From Acidobacteriota bacterium (lineage in GTDB: Bacteria; Acidobacteriota; UBA4820; DSQY01): a DNA stretch of 64,000 bases. The position numbers and the translations under genes are program-made. Position 1 is the first letter of the stretch. Each line of letters begins with the position of its first letter. Location: contig JBAWEQ010000080.1 of the NCBI GenBank assembly GCA_049591295.1, positions 2,238-66,237 of the forward strand, given 5' to 3'. The notes beneath the pieces are model-generated. The model searched no databases. It worked only from the letters and a program-made list of their open reading frames with translations, and was not told the DNA's origin. This document shows positions 1-10,451 of this stretch, one piece after another.

Positions 1-2667
1 GCCGCTGCCCGCGAAGCCCGGCAGGAAGGGACTGCCCAGGTAGGTGAACTGATACTGGCTAAAGCGGTCCAGACTGCTGCCGTCCATCCAGTTCAGGCCC
101 GTCGAGATCTTCTGGAAGTACGGCAGGTAGAAGTTCTTGCTGAGGTCCACGCTCCAGAGGGAATAGTCCTTGAACTTCGAGGCATTCTCGTGCTGGCCGG
201 GGAGGCCCCACGGCTCCCAGGAGGTGCGGTGGTGGGCCATGGCCTGCGCCTCGGCCGACCAGCCCTTCCAGGCGAAGGTGTAGCTCAGCCCCGCCCCCAC
301 GTCGCCGTGGTCCTTGGGCAGGCGGAAGTTCCAGGCCGTCTGGGAGACCTTCGAGTAGCGGTAGTAGCGGGCGTCCACGTCGAGCGAGAGCTTGGAGTAG
401 TCGTCGATGCGCCAGCCGAGGTTGCCGGTCGCGGTCTCGCGAAGCACGTCCACGCGCTCGTCGCGGGCCTCCACCCCTCCCTGGTAGTAGCGGTCCTGGA
501 AGGGCACGAGGAAGAGGTAGCCGGTGAAGCCGCCGTCTATCCTCGGGAAGAGGCCCACCTTGGAGACCGTGAGGGTGTTGACGGCCCCCGCCGCGAAGAG
601 GTTGACCTGCGTCTTGGTGTGCTTCCAGTCGTAGTTGAAGTAGTTCACCCCGATCAGGGGCACGGGGAAGGAGAGGCTCTTGTCCCAGTAGGTGCCGCCC
701 ACGGCGAACCAGCGGCTGGCCTCCTGTTGCATCTGGACCTGGCGGGTCCCGTTCTTCTCCTTCACGAGGTAGCGCAGCCCCTTGGCCGTCTCCTGCAGCA
801 TGGGCTTGTCGCTTGCCTCGGCCTTGGCCAACTCTTGCTGGAAGTTAGGGACATTGATGGCCACCTGGGAGAAGTGGATCTCGCGCTCGGCCATGATATT
901 CCGCCCGCCCACGGAGAAGAGCTGCTGCCCCCGCACCCGGTTCAGGAGCCAGTAGGTCTTGCCGTCGGGGCCCGTGTAGGGGGCGTAGAAGTCCGTCTCG
1001 TCATTGCTCACCATGGGCTCTTGCAGGCCCTTCTGGCTCACGGTCATGCGGATCTTGGCGAAGGTGCGCTGATCGATCCAGACCTTGCCGGAGTAAACGC
1101 TGCCCGTCGCCGCGGGCAGGGGGACGAACTCCACCTCGTAGCAGTCGTGGCCGTCCACGCTGGCCCGGCCCACGTAACGGTAGGCGTAGTCGCGGCCAAG
1201 GGTGAGGGCCAGGGGCAGCGTGTTCACCTTCTCGGGCTCGATGATGGGGAGCTGGGGGATCTTCTTGCCCTTCCACGCCACGCCGTTGACGAGGAGCCTG
1301 TTCTGCACCCAGCGAGCCCCGACGCCCTTCTGGTAGAGGAAGCTGTTCTCGAAGGTGACGTTCAGGCTCCAGGTGCCGCCGGGGAACTGGAAGTGATAGT
1401 CCACCTGCGCGTCGCTCGTGTAGTTGTCGAGAAAGACCTCCTGCGCCTCCTGGACGGCCTGGTAGCGGGCGATGATCACCTCCACGGGGATGGTGTAGGT
1501 GGTGGAGACGGAGAGCTTCTCCTCCCCCACCGTGCCCGTCTTGAGGCGGCCGAAGAGCACGAGGAGCGGCCGGCCGTTCCAGGGCACGTTGAGCACCGTC
1601 TCCTGCTTCTTCTGGTCGGCCTTGTAGCCGAGGGAGACGGCCTGCCCCGAGGGCAGCGGATAGGCCTCCGGATTGGTGAGGTCGGCCGTGGGCAGATGGA
1701 TCTCCAGGGCCGCGGCCCTGGAGCCGGCCACGGTCGGCACGAGCACCATCCCCTGCACCATCGTGTCGGGGTCCAGCAGGTTGATGAGGCCGATGTCCGG
1801 CCTCGGTCCCGAGCTGTCCCGGATGGAGGTCGCCTCGGTGGCGAAGCCTGGGCCCATGCGCGGCGTGAGCTTCTCCCTCAGCGCCAGCAGCCCTTCCCAG
1901 ACCGCCGGCAGGTTTCCGGCGGCCACGTCGGTGTAGGTCACGCCGCGGGAGGCCGAGACCAGGACCAGGAGTTGGGCGGCGATGGCGTTCTCCACGCGCG
2001 GCAGGTGGAGCAGCAGCGGTGCGCCCAGGTGGTGGGCTTCCAGAAAATGCACCACCTCGCCCGAGGGTTCGCCCGTCGGGCCCGTGGCCTCCGAGCTGTA
2101 GCCCTCGACGTAGGCGCGGAGATTTCGCGCGTAGAGGGGCTCCAGGAGGGGCAGGTCCTCGGGGGCCACCTCGCCCAGCAGGATGCGGGCCTCGCTCTTG
2201 CCCCGCAGCGCCACGGTGAGCTCCTTCATCATCAGGGCGAGCTTGTCGGGGTCTTCCTTGAAGGTCGAAGGGAACTGCTCCCGGTCGAGGGAGAGCCCCA
2301 GGGCGTCCGCGCTGGGACCCGCGTGCTCCGAGAGGGTGACGAGATAGGTCATGGTCTCCTTGCTCGACGGGCCGTCGGGCAACTGGGTCGTCACGCAGAG
2401 CCTGGCGCGGGCTTCATTCACCGCCTTCACGGCCGCATCGAAGGCCGGCCAGTCCGGGCTCTTGGCCCACGCCGACGGGACGGTCAGGGTCACCCCCACG
2501 GGATTGGCAGCCAGGCTCGGGTGGGCGGCCAATTCGCTCTCCAGGGCAGCCCATTGGTCTGGGGGCACCCTCACCCCGAACTTCAGGTCCTGCTGGGGGT
2601 AGCGGTCCTGCGCGGCCGCAGCCAAGGCCAGCCCGAATGCCAGAAGGAACGTGAACCAGCGCCGCAT
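1..2667 (-). CDS. Large secreted/outer-membrane protein with LolA-like central domain and aromatic-rich beta-barrel-like C-terminal region (partial; C-terminus runs off the window start)
   Basis: Hand translation of the minus strand from ATG at 2667 gives MRRWFTFLLAFGLALAAAAQD (signal peptide), preceded by AGGAGA SD; globular composition continues uninterrupted to position 1. The overlapping plus ORF 190..2727 is low-complexity G/R/A/V/H-rich, typical antisense artefact. Confidence 0.6.
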   Translation of the reverse strand, partial: MRRWFTFLLAFGLALAAAAQDRYPQQDLKFGVRVPPDQWAALESELAAHPSLAANPVGVTLTVPSAWAKSPDWPAFDAAVKAVNEARARLCVTTQLPDGPSSKETMTYLVTLSEHAGPSADALGLSLDREQFPSTFKEDPDKLALMMKELTVALRGKSEARILLGEVAPEDLPLLEPLYARNLRAYVEGYSSEATGPTGEPSGEVVHFLEAHHLGAPLLLHLPRVENAIAAQLLVLVSASRGVTYTDVAAGNLPAVWEGLLALREKLTPRMGPGFATEATSIRDSSGPRPDIGLINLLDPDTMVQGMVLVPTVAGSRAAALEIHLPTADLTNPEAYPLPSGQAVSLGYKADQKKQETVLNVPWNGRPLLVLFGRLKTGTVGEEKLSVSTTYTIPVEVIIARYQAVQEAQEVFLDNYTSDAQVDYHFQFPGGTWSLNVTFENSFLYQKGVGARWVQNRLLVNGVAWKGKKIPQLPIIEPEKVNTLPLALTLGRDYAYRYVGRASVDGHDCYEVEFVPLPAATGSVYSGKVWIDQRTFAKIRMTVSQKGLQEPMVSNDETDFYAPYTGPDGKTYWLLNRVRGQQLFSVGGRNIMAEREIHFSQVAINVPNFQQELAKAEASDKPMLQETAKGLRYLVKEKNGTRQVQMQQEASRWFAVGGTYWDKSLSFPVPLIGVNYFNYDWKHTKTQVNLFAAGAVNTLTVSKVGLFPRIDGGFTGYLFLVPFQDRYYQGGVEARDERVDVLRETATGNLGWRIDDYSKLSLDVDARYYRYSKVSQTAWNFRLPKDHGDVGAGLSYTFAWKGWSAEAQAMAHHRTSWEPWGLPGQHENASKFKDYSLWSVDLSKNFYLPYFQKISTGLNWMDGSSLDRFSQYQFTYLGSPFLPGFAGSG

Positions 2668-2889
2668 GGAGGCGTCTCCTTTCTGAGTGAACTTCAGCCA
2701 GTCCTCCTGATCCGTGCGCCATTATAGCGCGAACGGGCGGGTCGGTAAGGGGGACAGGGGACAAGGGACAGGGGAACGGCCTACCGGCTCCTTTCGGCCT
2801 CGCCTCATCTCCTCATCTCCTCATCTCGATAGGGACAAGGGACAGGGAACGCGGCTGCCTTTGGGGGTTCGCACTTCGCAATCCAAGAT

Positions 2890-2956
2890 CCTTGGTGCCT
2901 TGGTGCCTTGGTGCCTTGGTGTCTTGGTGCCTTGGTGTCTTGGTGTCTTGGTGGTG
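2890..2956. repeat. Tandem 9-mer array CCTTGGTG(C/T) x7, contiguous with a REP-like tail GGTGGTGAATCTTTTTCGAATTCCCCTTTCC
   Basis: Direct reading: ccttggtgccttggtgccttggtgccttggtgtcttggtgccttggtgtcttggtgtcttggtgg; intergenic between ferredoxin (end 3049) and the OMP start (2667). Confidence 0.9.
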
Positions 2957-3048
2957 AATCTTTTTCGAATTCCCCTTTCCCCAGACGCGCAAAGGCCCGG
3001 GATCGGCTCCCGGGCCCTCGAACTCCCGTGGCTTTCGCCTAGAGTCGC

Positions 3049-3282
3049 CTACTCTCCGTCGTTACCGATGGCGTCCACCGGACAGGAGGCCTTGGCGTCC
3101 TCGCAGAGCTGCTCCTCCTCGGCGGTTTCGGGCTGCTTCGTCACGAAAGCGTGGCTCGAGTCCTCGTTCATCACGAAGTGGTCCGGCGCGATGGAGATGC
3201 ACGAGTCACACGCGATGCAATTTTCATCCACGTACCACTTGCCGGGTACGCATTCTTCAACCTTCAGGTTCACGTCGGCCAT
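3049..3282 (-). CDS. fdx: Small ferredoxin (single-domain 4Fe-4S/3Fe-4S type)
   Basis: 77 aa; CIACDSCISIAP ... CPVDAI cysteine motifs; acidic C-terminus. Confidence 0.8.
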   Translation of the reverse strand: MADVNLKVEECVPGKWYVDENCIACDSCISIAPDHFVMNEDSSHAFVTKQPETAEEEQLCEDAKASCPVDAIGNDGE

Positions 3283-3470
3283 GTGGAATCCTCCTAAGCG
3301 GGTCGGATGGGTCTGAGAGGGCTCCCCCCTCCTCGATCAAAAGGAGGCAATATAGCCTTCCCCCCCTGGGAAGTCAAGCCGTTGAAACGGCTGCCCTTGA
3401 AACTGGTGGTTCTGGCCCTGGCTGGCTGTCCCGTCTTCCTCCAGGGGACCTTTCGCGCTACCCTTCCAGT

Positions 3471-4817
3471 ATGGCGAAGGTCCTGATCGTGGACGACGAG
3501 GCGGCCATTCGTGAAACCCTCCGGGGCATCCTTGAGCGGCAGGGCTATGCCGTCGTGGAGGCGGCCAGCGCGCGGGCGGGCATCGCGGCGCTGGAGGCGG
3601 AGGCGCCGGTGGACGTGGCGCTGGTGGACCTGCGGCTTCCCGACCTCGACGGCACGGCGGTCCTGGATGCCTCTCTCGAACGGGGGCTCACGACGCCCGT
3701 GGTCATGATCTCGGGCCACGGCTCCATCCCGGCCGCCGTGGACGCCGTGCGGAGGGGGGCCTACGACTTTCTCGAAAAGCCCCTGGACCGCGAACGGCTC
3801 CTCATCGTGCTGCGCAACGCCACGCGCCAGTCGGCCCTGGAGCGCCGGGCCTCGGAGGAGAGCGAGGCGGGGTTCCTGACCGCCTCCCCCCTGATGAAGG
3901 CCGTCCTCTCGGAGGCGCAGCGGGCGGCACCGTCCTACGCACCCATCCTCATCACCGGCGAGACGGGATCGGGCAAGGAGGTGCTCGCGCGCTGGATCCA
4001 CCGGCAGAGCCCCTGGTCCACCGGGCCCTTCGTGGCGCTCAACTGCGCCGCCCTGCCCGAGAACCTCGCCGAATCGGAGCTCTTCGGCCACGCCCGCGGG
4101 GCCTTCACCGGCGCGGAGAGCGCGCGCAAGGGCAAGTTCCTCACCGCCGACGGGGGCACCCTCTTCCTGGATGAGATCGGCGATCTCCCCCTCCCGGTGC
4201 AGGCCAAGCTGTTGCGGGTGCTGGAGGAGGGCGTCGTGGAGCCCGTGGGCTCGGACCGGCCCGTCAAGGTGCGGGTCCGGGTCTTGGCGGCCACGCACCG
4301 GGATCTCAAGGCCAAGGCCAAGGAGGGAAGCTTCCGCGAGGACCTCCTCTTCCGCGTATCGGGATTCCCCCTGCACGTACCGCCGCTGAGGGAGCGGCCG
4401 GAGGACATCCAGATCCTGACCCGCCGCTTTCTGGCCGAGGCGCGAGTCCGGCAGGCGTGGCCCATCGGCGAACCCCCGCCGGCCTTCCTCCGGGTGGTGG
4501 CCCGCCACACCTGGCCGGGCAACGTCCGGGAGCTCCGCTGGGCCGTGGAAAGGGCCGTGCTGTTGGCCGGTCCCGCCATGCCGGGGCCGGAGCACCTTCC
4601 GCCCGAAGTGCGGTTCGGCCAGGGCGAGGCGCCCTCCGGATCCCTCGTGGAGGCGCGGCAGTTTGCGGAGGCCCAGGCCATCCGCCAAGCCCTGGAACAG
4701 GCCCGGGGCAACGTCGCCGCCGCAGCCCGGCTCCTCACCCTCAGCCGCTCCCGCCTCTACGAGCGCCTCGGCGAGCTGGAGATCGACCCCGCCCCCTACC
4801 GCCGGCGCAAGGGGTAG
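3471..4817 (+). CDS. Sigma-54-dependent Fis-family response regulator (NtrC class)
   Basis: REC domain (LIVDDE...D), AAA+ sigma54-activator motifs GETGSGKE, ESELFGHARGAFTGA, C-terminal HTH. Confidence 0.9.
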   Translation: MAKVLIVDDEAAIRETLRGILERQGYAVVEAASARAGIAALEAEAPVDVALVDLRLPDLDGTAVLDASLERGLTTPVVMISGHGSIPAAVDAVRRGAYDFLEKPLDRERLLIVLRNATRQSALERRASEESEAGFLTASPLMKAVLSEAQRAAPSYAPILITGETGSGKEVLARWIHRQSPWSTGPFVALNCAALPENLAESELFGHARGAFTGAESARKGKFLTADGGTLFLDEIGDLPLPVQAKLLRVLEEGVVEPVGSDRPVKVRVRVLAATHRDLKAKAKEGSFREDLLFRVSGFPLHVPPLRERPEDIQILTRRFLAEARVRQAWPIGEPPPAFLRVVARHTWPGNVRELRWAVERAVLLAGPAMPGPEHLPPEVRFGQGEAPSGSLVEARQFAEAQAIRQALEQARGNVAAAARLLTLSRSRLYERLGELEIDPAPYRRRKG

Positions 4818-5174
4818 GGGAAAGGCCGGAATTCAGAAGGCGAAAAGAAAAGGCAGACCACAGAGGCGCAGAGGCACAGAGATAGGGTGGGGCGTGCCGG
4901 GACCTCGCCCGAGATGTTCCCGGGGCTACCCGCTGCGGGCAGCCCTCAGAACGACGCCCACACCGACAATGCGGCGCCCTCCCGAGACCTCCTCCAGGGG
5001 GTCGCTTGCTCAGGATCCCGTCGTGCCCGGAACTGCGTCGTCTTGCACCGGCGGGATTCCGTGTCAGCCGCCCGCTGTAGGCTTGCCACGGAATGACGCG
5101 GCGGGAAGCGTCTCGCTTCTCGCGTCTCGCGCCTCCCTCCACCGTCCCGCGCCCCCGTGCTATCCTGAATCCCC

Positions 5175-5981
5175 ATGGATGCGACCCTGGCCACCGGCGT
5201 GAAGCTCGAGAAGATGCTCCTGAACCGCGCGGGCAGGGCCATCGCGGATTTCGACCTCATCCGAGAGGGAGACCGCGTGGCCGTGGCCCTCTCGGGCGGG
5301 AAGGACTCTTTCAGCCTGCTCAGGCTCCTCTTCCTGCTCCAGCGCCGCTCTCCGGTCTCCTTCGAAATGACGGGGCTCACCATCCACAACGGCTCCGACC
5401 TGTTTCAGGCGGACCTCCTGGAGGAGTACTGTCGCCGCGAGGGCATCCCCCTTCACGTGGAGAGGACCTCCCTCGCGGCCGTCGTGGAGGAGAAGCGGCG
5501 GCCCGGCTCCCCCTACTGCTCCCTCTGCTCGCGCCTCAGGCGGGGAGCCCTCTACGGCGCGGCGCAGGCCCTGGGCTGCAACAAGCTCGCCCTGGGGCAC
5601 CACCTGGACGACGCCGCCGAGACGCTCCTCATGAACCTCTTCTTCGAGGGGAACCTGAAGGCGATGCCCCCGAAGCTGCTGGCGGAGAACGGCAGGATCA
5701 CGCTGATCCGTCCCCTGTTGTACGCCCCCGAGGCCCTGCTCGCCGACTACGCGCGCGAGCAGGGATTCCCCGTCATCGACTGCGGATGCTGGCTCTGCGG
5801 GGAGCAGGAACAGGAGAGGGCGCGGATGAAGGCCCTCATCGCCGAGGTGTCCGGGCGCTACCCGAAAGTTCGTAGCTCCATCCTGTCGGCCCTCACGAGG
5901 CTGGAGCCCCGGTTCCTCATGGACCGTCGCCGGCACGATTTCGAGGAGGAGGAGGCCCCCCGTGGAACCCCTGAAAGCTGA
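5175..5981 (+). CDS. ttcA: tRNA 2-thiocytidine(32) synthetase TtcA (PP-loop ATPase)
   Basis: PP-loop SGGKDS, CSLCSRLRRGALY and C-terminal CGCWLCGE Fe-S cysteine motifs. Confidence 0.85.
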   Translation: MDATLATGVKLEKMLLNRAGRAIADFDLIREGDRVAVALSGGKDSFSLLRLLFLLQRRSPVSFEMTGLTIHNGSDLFQADLLEEYCRREGIPLHVERTSLAAVVEEKRRPGSPYCSLCSRLRRGALYGAAQALGCNKLALGHHLDDAAETLLMNLFFEGNLKAMPPKLLAENGRITLIRPLLYAPEALLADYAREQGFPVIDCGCWLCGEQEQERARMKALIAEVSGRYPKVRSSILSALTRLEPRFLMDRRRHDFEEEEAPRGTPES

Positions 5982-6465
5982 AGACCTGCGAGAGCTCTCG
6001 CGGCGCATCAGCCAGTACCGGCTTTTCTTCTGGATCTACGTCGCCTCGGCGGCCTTCTACGCGGCCAGCGCCGCGGCCCTGACCGCGCAGACCCGGCCGT
6101 CCCCCTACCCGCTCGCCGACGGTTCCCTCGCGTTCGGCCTCTTCGCCCTGCTCGTCGTCTTCCTGGGCCGCTGGGCCGCCTTCCGCCCCTCGGCCCTCCG
6201 CCGTCTACAGTTGGACTCGATGCAGAAGATGGTCCGCTACATCTTCTTCACGTGGCTCTTCCTGTTGGCCATGGGCGAGAGCCTGGGCATGACGGCGGTC
6301 ACGGCGGCGGCCCTGGGTGCGGGGCCGCCCTGGAAGATGCTCCTGCTGTGCCTCTGGCAGGTGCTCGCCGGACTGGTGCTCACCCCAGAGCGGGCGCACT
6401 GGGACCGCGTGCTCTCTCTCTGGCAGCAAACCTTCCCCCCCCCGACCGATAGGAGGATCCCATGA
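5962..6465 (+). CDS. Hypothetical polytopic membrane protein
   Basis: 167 aa, several hydrophobic helices, GC3-rich codon use, 4-nt overlaps with both neighbours (operon-like). Confidence 0.4.
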   Translation: MEPLKAEDLRELSRRISQYRLFFWIYVASAAFYAASAAALTAQTRPSPYPLADGSLAFGLFALLVVFLGRWAAFRPSALRRLQLDSMQKMVRYIFFTWLFLLAMGESLGMTAVTAAALGAGPPWKMLLLCLWQVLAGLVLTPERAHWDRVLSLWQQTFPPPTDRRIP

Positions 6466-6908
6466 GCCGTTCCCTGCTGCGCACCGCTCTGGTCGCCGCG
6501 GCGCTGTGCCTCTCGCTTCCCTTCAGCGCCGAGTTCTCGTGCAACCGCTACGACTTCGCGCTGAACCGGTTCATCCGCCTGGACGCCAAGGCGGGCGACC
6601 TGGCGATCCAGGACGTGGAGTTCCTGTTCCCCTCCTACATCGGTCCCAAGAAGCTGGACATCGAGGGCCGAAACGAGGCCACGGTGGACGTCAAGAATTA
6701 CGGCACCGTCCCCCTTAGGGTTCACGTGGCCATCGCCCTCTTCGACGCCAGCGGCAACCTGGTGGGGTGCGGCGCGACGGGGAGCAAGCTCGGGTACACG
6801 CGCGCCGGAGAGGGCGAGGACTTCCACGTCACGTTCAACTACGTGCACTCCAAGCTGATGAGCGCGAAGTACTTCTACCTGACCGTGGAGACCGAGCCCG
6901 CCAAGTAA
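6462..6908 (+). CDS. Hypothetical secreted protein
   Basis: N-terminal signal peptide MSRSLLRTALVAAALCLSLPFSA; beta-rich composition; no recognisable family. Confidence 0.5.
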   Translation: MSRSLLRTALVAAALCLSLPFSAEFSCNRYDFALNRFIRLDAKAGDLAIQDVEFLFPSYIGPKKLDIEGRNEATVDVKNYGTVPLRVHVAIALFDASGNLVGCGATGSKLGYTRAGEGEDFHVTFNYVHSKLMSAKYFYLTVETEPAK

Positions 6909-7071
6909 GAGGGCAGAGAGAATTCGGGAAAGAAAAAATTCACCACAAAGACACCAAGGGCTTGGGATTGCGAAGTGCGAATGACGGAAATGATGGCCGG
7001 CGACCGGCAACCCCCCGCCCCGGCGTCAACCCGAAGCACCCTTCAGAGGGCTGCTGACTCAGGATCTTAAG

Positions 7072-7872
7072 TCACCGCTTCACGCCGCAGAGGGTCTGCG
7101 CCCCATCCCGCGCCACGCGCAGGTGGACCCCCTCCTCGCGGAACTGAGGCAGGAAGCGGATCTCCACCCCTTCCTCCCTGACCACCCTGTTCAGGTGGAA
7201 GTGGCCCAGCACGGCCGATGTCACCCCTTCGGCCTTGAGGCGGCGGGCCCAGGCCGAGAGCTCCTGCACCGGGAAATAGGTCTTGTAAGTCGCGTTGGTG
7301 ACCGCCAGCCGGCCTTCCAAGTGACGCGCCAGCCGGAGCTGCCGTTCGGCCGGCAGGAGCTGGAAAAGCCTCCTCACGGATCGCGCCCTGGAGAACTCCC
7401 TCCATCGGAGGTAGTTGGCATCCGAGGTATTGATCAGGTCGCCGTGTTCGAAGCGGATGCGGGCGGGCCCGTCCGTCACCAGGTCCCAGCGGTCGCACAC
7501 CCGGATGGGGCTCCACCGGGCCAGCTCATCCATGAAGTAGTCGCGGTTCCCCGCCAGGTAGATGACCTTGCGCCCGTTCCTGGCGAGGCGCGAGAGGGCC
7601 GTGAGGACGGCTTCCTGTTCGGGGGTTTGGGCTTCGGGGAGGCCGATCCAGACCTGGAAGAGATCGCCGAGAAGGACCAGGTGGGGAGCGCCGGCCCTCT
7701 CGAAATCCTGAAGCCAGGTGAGGAATACGGAAAGGGCGGGGTCGCCGGTCGAAAGGTGGGGGTCCGCCGCGCACCAAGCCAGATCGTCCACGCCGCTCCT
7801 CCGCCTCACGACGCACGGGCCGTGCCGCCGGCCCCGCGTGGGGAGCCTATCACGCGGGCGGGGGCCGCACAA
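7072..7872 (-). CDS. lpxH: UDP-2,3-diacylglucosamine diphosphatase LpxH (calcineurin-like metallophosphoesterase); true start probably internal (alternative start near 7810)
   Basis: Motifs LLGDLFQVWIG, GNRDYF, GHFH align with E. coli LpxH ILGDLFEAWIGDD / GNRDFL / HGHTH. Confidence 0.8.
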   Translation of the reverse strand: MCGPRPRDRLPTRGRRHGPCVVRRRSGVDDLAWCAADPHLSTGDPALSVFLTWLQDFERAGAPHLVLLGDLFQVWIGLPEAQTPEQEAVLTALSRLARNGRKVIYLAGNRDYFMDELARWSPIRVCDRWDLVTDGPARIRFEHGDLINTSDANYLRWREFSRARSVRRLFQLLPAERQLRLARHLEGRLAVTNATYKTYFPVQELSAWARRLKAEGVTSAVLGHFHLNRVVREEGVEIRFLPQFREEGVHLRVARDGAQTLCGVKR

Positions 7873-8067
7873 GGTTGCTTGCGGCCCGGCGGGCGTTCAT
7901 ATTATTCATCAGGCGATGGTTGCGCTGACAGGATTGGGCGCCGAACAGTGCGACCGGGGTTGGGGCAATAATGGCGCGATCATGTCCAGGGTGTTGGAGG
8001 GACGGCCCCCCTTGAGCCTCACGATGGGTGGCGCCGAATAGGTCATGGTCATCAAGGAGGAAGAAAA

Positions 8068-8484
8068 ATGGATTTGACCCTTGCCAGCCAGGAGCGTTGC
8101 GAGGTGATGGATATCACCGCCAACGTCCAGCGGGCCTGCCGTCAGTGGGGCGGAAGCGGGGCGGTGCTGGTCTACTGCCCCCATACGACCGGCGGCGTGA
8201 CCCTCAACGAGAAATTCGATCCGACGGTCCGCCAGGACATCCTGCATTGGATGGAGCGGCTGGTCCCCGCGGGAGCGGTCTACGCCCACGAGGAAGGGAA
8301 CGCCGACGCCCACATCAAGGCGAGCCTTACTGGAAACCAGGTCCTGATCCCCGTGCGCCAGGGGAATCTGCTCCTGGGCCGTTGGCAGGGGCTTTTCTTC
8401 CTGGAGTTCGACGGGCCCAGGCACCGCACCCTCTGGCTCAGCTTCCTCGCGGCGGCCCCGCAGGAGATGGGAAGCGGGAAGTAG
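8068..8484 (+). CDS. yjbQ: YjbQ/UPF0047 family secondary thiamine-phosphate synthase enzyme
   Basis: 138 aa; conserved YCPHTT ... NADAH motifs; strong SD AAGGAGGAAG upstream. Confidence 0.85.
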   Translation: MDLTLASQERCEVMDITANVQRACRQWGGSGAVLVYCPHTTGGVTLNEKFDPTVRQDILHWMERLVPAGAVYAHEEGNADAHIKASLTGNQVLIPVRQGNLLLGRWQGLFFLEFDGPRHRTLWLSFLAAAPQEMGSGK

Positions 8485-8589
8485 GAGCAGGGCGCTGGAC
8501 GGGATTGGCGAGACGCGAGACGCGAGAGGCGAGACGCAAAAAGCGCGCCCCTTCGTCTGGCGGCGTTTGGCTTTCTGCGTGGCCCCGCC

Positions 8590-9390
8590 TCAATCGTTGA
8601 CGGTGACGAAGCCCGTGACGCCGTCGGTCTGGATTCGGCGCTGGAGGGCCTCGGCGGCCTCCTCGGTGGGCAGGTGGCCCACGCGGACTCGGTAGAAGTC
8701 CCGGAACCGGATCACGTAGGCATCGCCGTAACGGTTGGCCATCAGATCCCTGAACCGCAGCGCGTTCTGCTCGTTCTGGAAGGCTCCGACCTGCACGGTG
8801 AAGGAGGCGTCGAGCAGGGAGGCACTGGTGCCAGGACCGCCCACGAGGGTCTCGCCGGGCGTGGGGGCGGACTTGGGCCGCTCGGTGGCGCGGTCCAACA
8901 CCTGGATGCGAACGTGGGCCAGCCCCTCGTTGGCAAATCCCAGGGCCTTGGCCGCGCCGTAGGAACAGTCCAACCCCCGGCCCTTCACGAAAGGGCCTCT
9001 GTCGTTGATCGTGAGCACGGCCTGGCGGCCGTTGTCCAGATTGGTGACCCTCACGATGGTCCCCAGGGGCAGGGTGCGATGCGCCGCAGTGAGGCCGTAC
9101 ATGTCGAAGATCTCGCCGCTGGCCGTGGGCTTGCCGTTGAAGTCCTTCCCGTACCAGGAGGAGACCACCTCCTGCTCCCGCTCCCGGCTCGGAATGTGCG
9201 GCGCGCCGGCCCGGCGCCGGTGGTGCACGCACCCGCTCTGGAGCAGCAACGCCGCGAGGGCCAGGCCGATCAGAAGCCCGCTCCGGCGCCTCAAGCCGCC
9301 CCGCCAAGCCGACCGAGACGCGGCATTCGACCTGTAACCTTTGGAGGGCGATTCATGGCCGAAGGAGCGCAGCTCGGTGTCATCTCTCAT
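8590..9390 (-). CDS. rlpA: Septal ring lytic transglycosylase RlpA (DPBB domain + C-terminal SPOR domain), lipoprotein
   Basis: Lipobox LLLQSGC, DPBB motifs WYGKDFNGKPTASGE ... LPLGTIVRVTN, C-terminal SPOR-like FTVQVGAF. Confidence 0.85.
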   Translation of the reverse strand: MRDDTELRSFGHESPSKGYRSNAASRSAWRGGLRRRSGLLIGLALAALLLQSGCVHHRRRAGAPHIPSREREQEVVSSWYGKDFNGKPTASGEIFDMYGLTAAHRTLPLGTIVRVTNLDNGRQAVLTINDRGPFVKGRGLDCSYGAAKALGFANEGLAHVRIQVLDRATERPKSAPTPGETLVGGPGTSASLLDASFTVQVGAFQNEQNALRFRDLMANRYGDAYVIRFRDFYRVRVGHLPTEEAAEALQRRIQTDGVTGFVTVND

Positions 9391-9628
9391 CGGGAAAGGC
9401 CCTCCGCAGAATCGAGCCGCGCCGGATGAACCAGAGGAACACCAGAAAAGCCGCGACCCCGAGCAGGCCGCCCAGGGCGATGATGAGCAGCGCCCTGACC
9501 GCCACTTCGCGCTGCCCCTCTGCCCCGCCGAACCAGGACCTCAGGGCCTCCAGGGCTGGGAAGCCCTCGAAGAGCATGTAGAGGGAGGATAAGAGGGCCT
9601 TGAGAATCCGGACCAGCCAGTCGAGCAC
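9380..9628 (-). CDS. Hypothetical small membrane protein
   Basis: 82 aa ORF with one hydrophobic helix; overlaps annotated rlpA start by 11 nt; weak. Confidence 0.25.
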   Translation of the reverse strand: MLDWLVRILKALLSSLYMLFEGFPALEALRSWFGGAEGQREVAVRALLIIALGGLLGVAAFLVFLWFIRRGSILRRAFPDER

Positions 9629-9695
9629 CCCGTCCTCCCGCCAGGCACCACGAGACCCGTCTCCGGTCAGCCGAGGGCGGACTCTCCGCCAGGGC

Positions 9696-10451
9696 TCAGG
9701 GTTTGAAAGGGTCCTGCAGGTCCATGAGCTGCCGCTGCACCTTCACGCCCGGAGGGATGTTCACCTTGAAGGCATCCGGGGGCAGCGTCGGGTTCATCTC
9801 CCAGTCCGAAAAATCGAACCGGATGCGGTCTCCCTCCGTCTCCACCACGTCGAATCCCTCCAGGAGCCCCGTGCGGTCCTCCACATCGAAGTGCAGGACG
9901 GCGATCTTCCGCTTCAGGCGGAACTTGCGGGGGACGAGGGTCAGGTGGGCGATGTGGCCCTCCTCTCCGGACCAGATCACCGTGAAGGACTGCTTCAGCT
10001 CATCCAGGGGCTGCCCCACGCCCAGGTAGCGGATGATCTTGTTCTGGTGCCTCCGGATGTCCTGGACGATGACCCTCTTCTGGCCGGGCTCATAGACCAG
10101 CAGGTCGCCGTCCTTGATGAGGAAATAGAGCGGCGAGGGGGAGGTGTACCGGTAGAGCGCCGTGTCGGGCTTCTTCAGGGTCAGCTCGCCCTTGAGTACC
10201 TGCGGCTTGGCCAGCATGCTGAAGTTGTTGGTCTGCACGAACCTCACGCGCAGGGTTTGGATCCCCTTCTGCAGGTCGTTCATCTTCTGAAGGAGGGCCA
10301 CCAGCCGGGGGTCATCCGGCTTCGGAGGCTCCTTGGCCCGCGCGGAAAGGGGCCCAAGCGCTAGCAGGAAGAGGACGACGAGGAGCGGCAGGAGGAGGGC
10401 TCTCCCGCCCGGCCTGCCGGCAAAGGGGTTGGAGCGCCGTTCCCTAGCCAT
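9696..10451 (-). CDS. LolA-like outer-membrane lipoprotein carrier family protein (secreted)
   Basis: Signal peptide; LolA-fold length and composition; 8-nt overlap with purH. Confidence 0.6.
   Translation of the reverse strand: MARERRSNPFAGRPGGRALLLPLLVVLFLLALGPLSARAKEPPKPDDPRLVALLQKMNDLQKGIQTLRVRFVQTNNFSMLAKPQVLKGELTLKKPDTALYRYTSPSPLYFLIKDGDLLVYEPGQKRVIVQDIRRHQNKIIRYLGVGQPLDELKQSFTVIWSGEEGHIAHLTLVPRKFRLKRKIAVLHFDVEDRTGLLEGFDVVETEGDRIRFDFSDWEMNPTLPPDAFKVNIPPGVKVQRQLMDLQDPFKP

Noticed and set aside
190-2727. 845-aa plus-strand ORF spanning the start of the window
   Set aside because: Its translation is low-complexity Gly/Arg/Ala/Val/His-rich (a typical GC-rich antisense frame). The minus strand encodes a well-formed secreted protein with signal peptide and SD over the same span.
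7885-7925. Possible sigma70 promoter TTGCTT-N19-TATTAT for yjbQ in the lpxH/yjbQ divergent region
   Set aside because: The spacer is too long and the -10 is imperfect. I kept it only as a weak possibility and did not list it as a feature.
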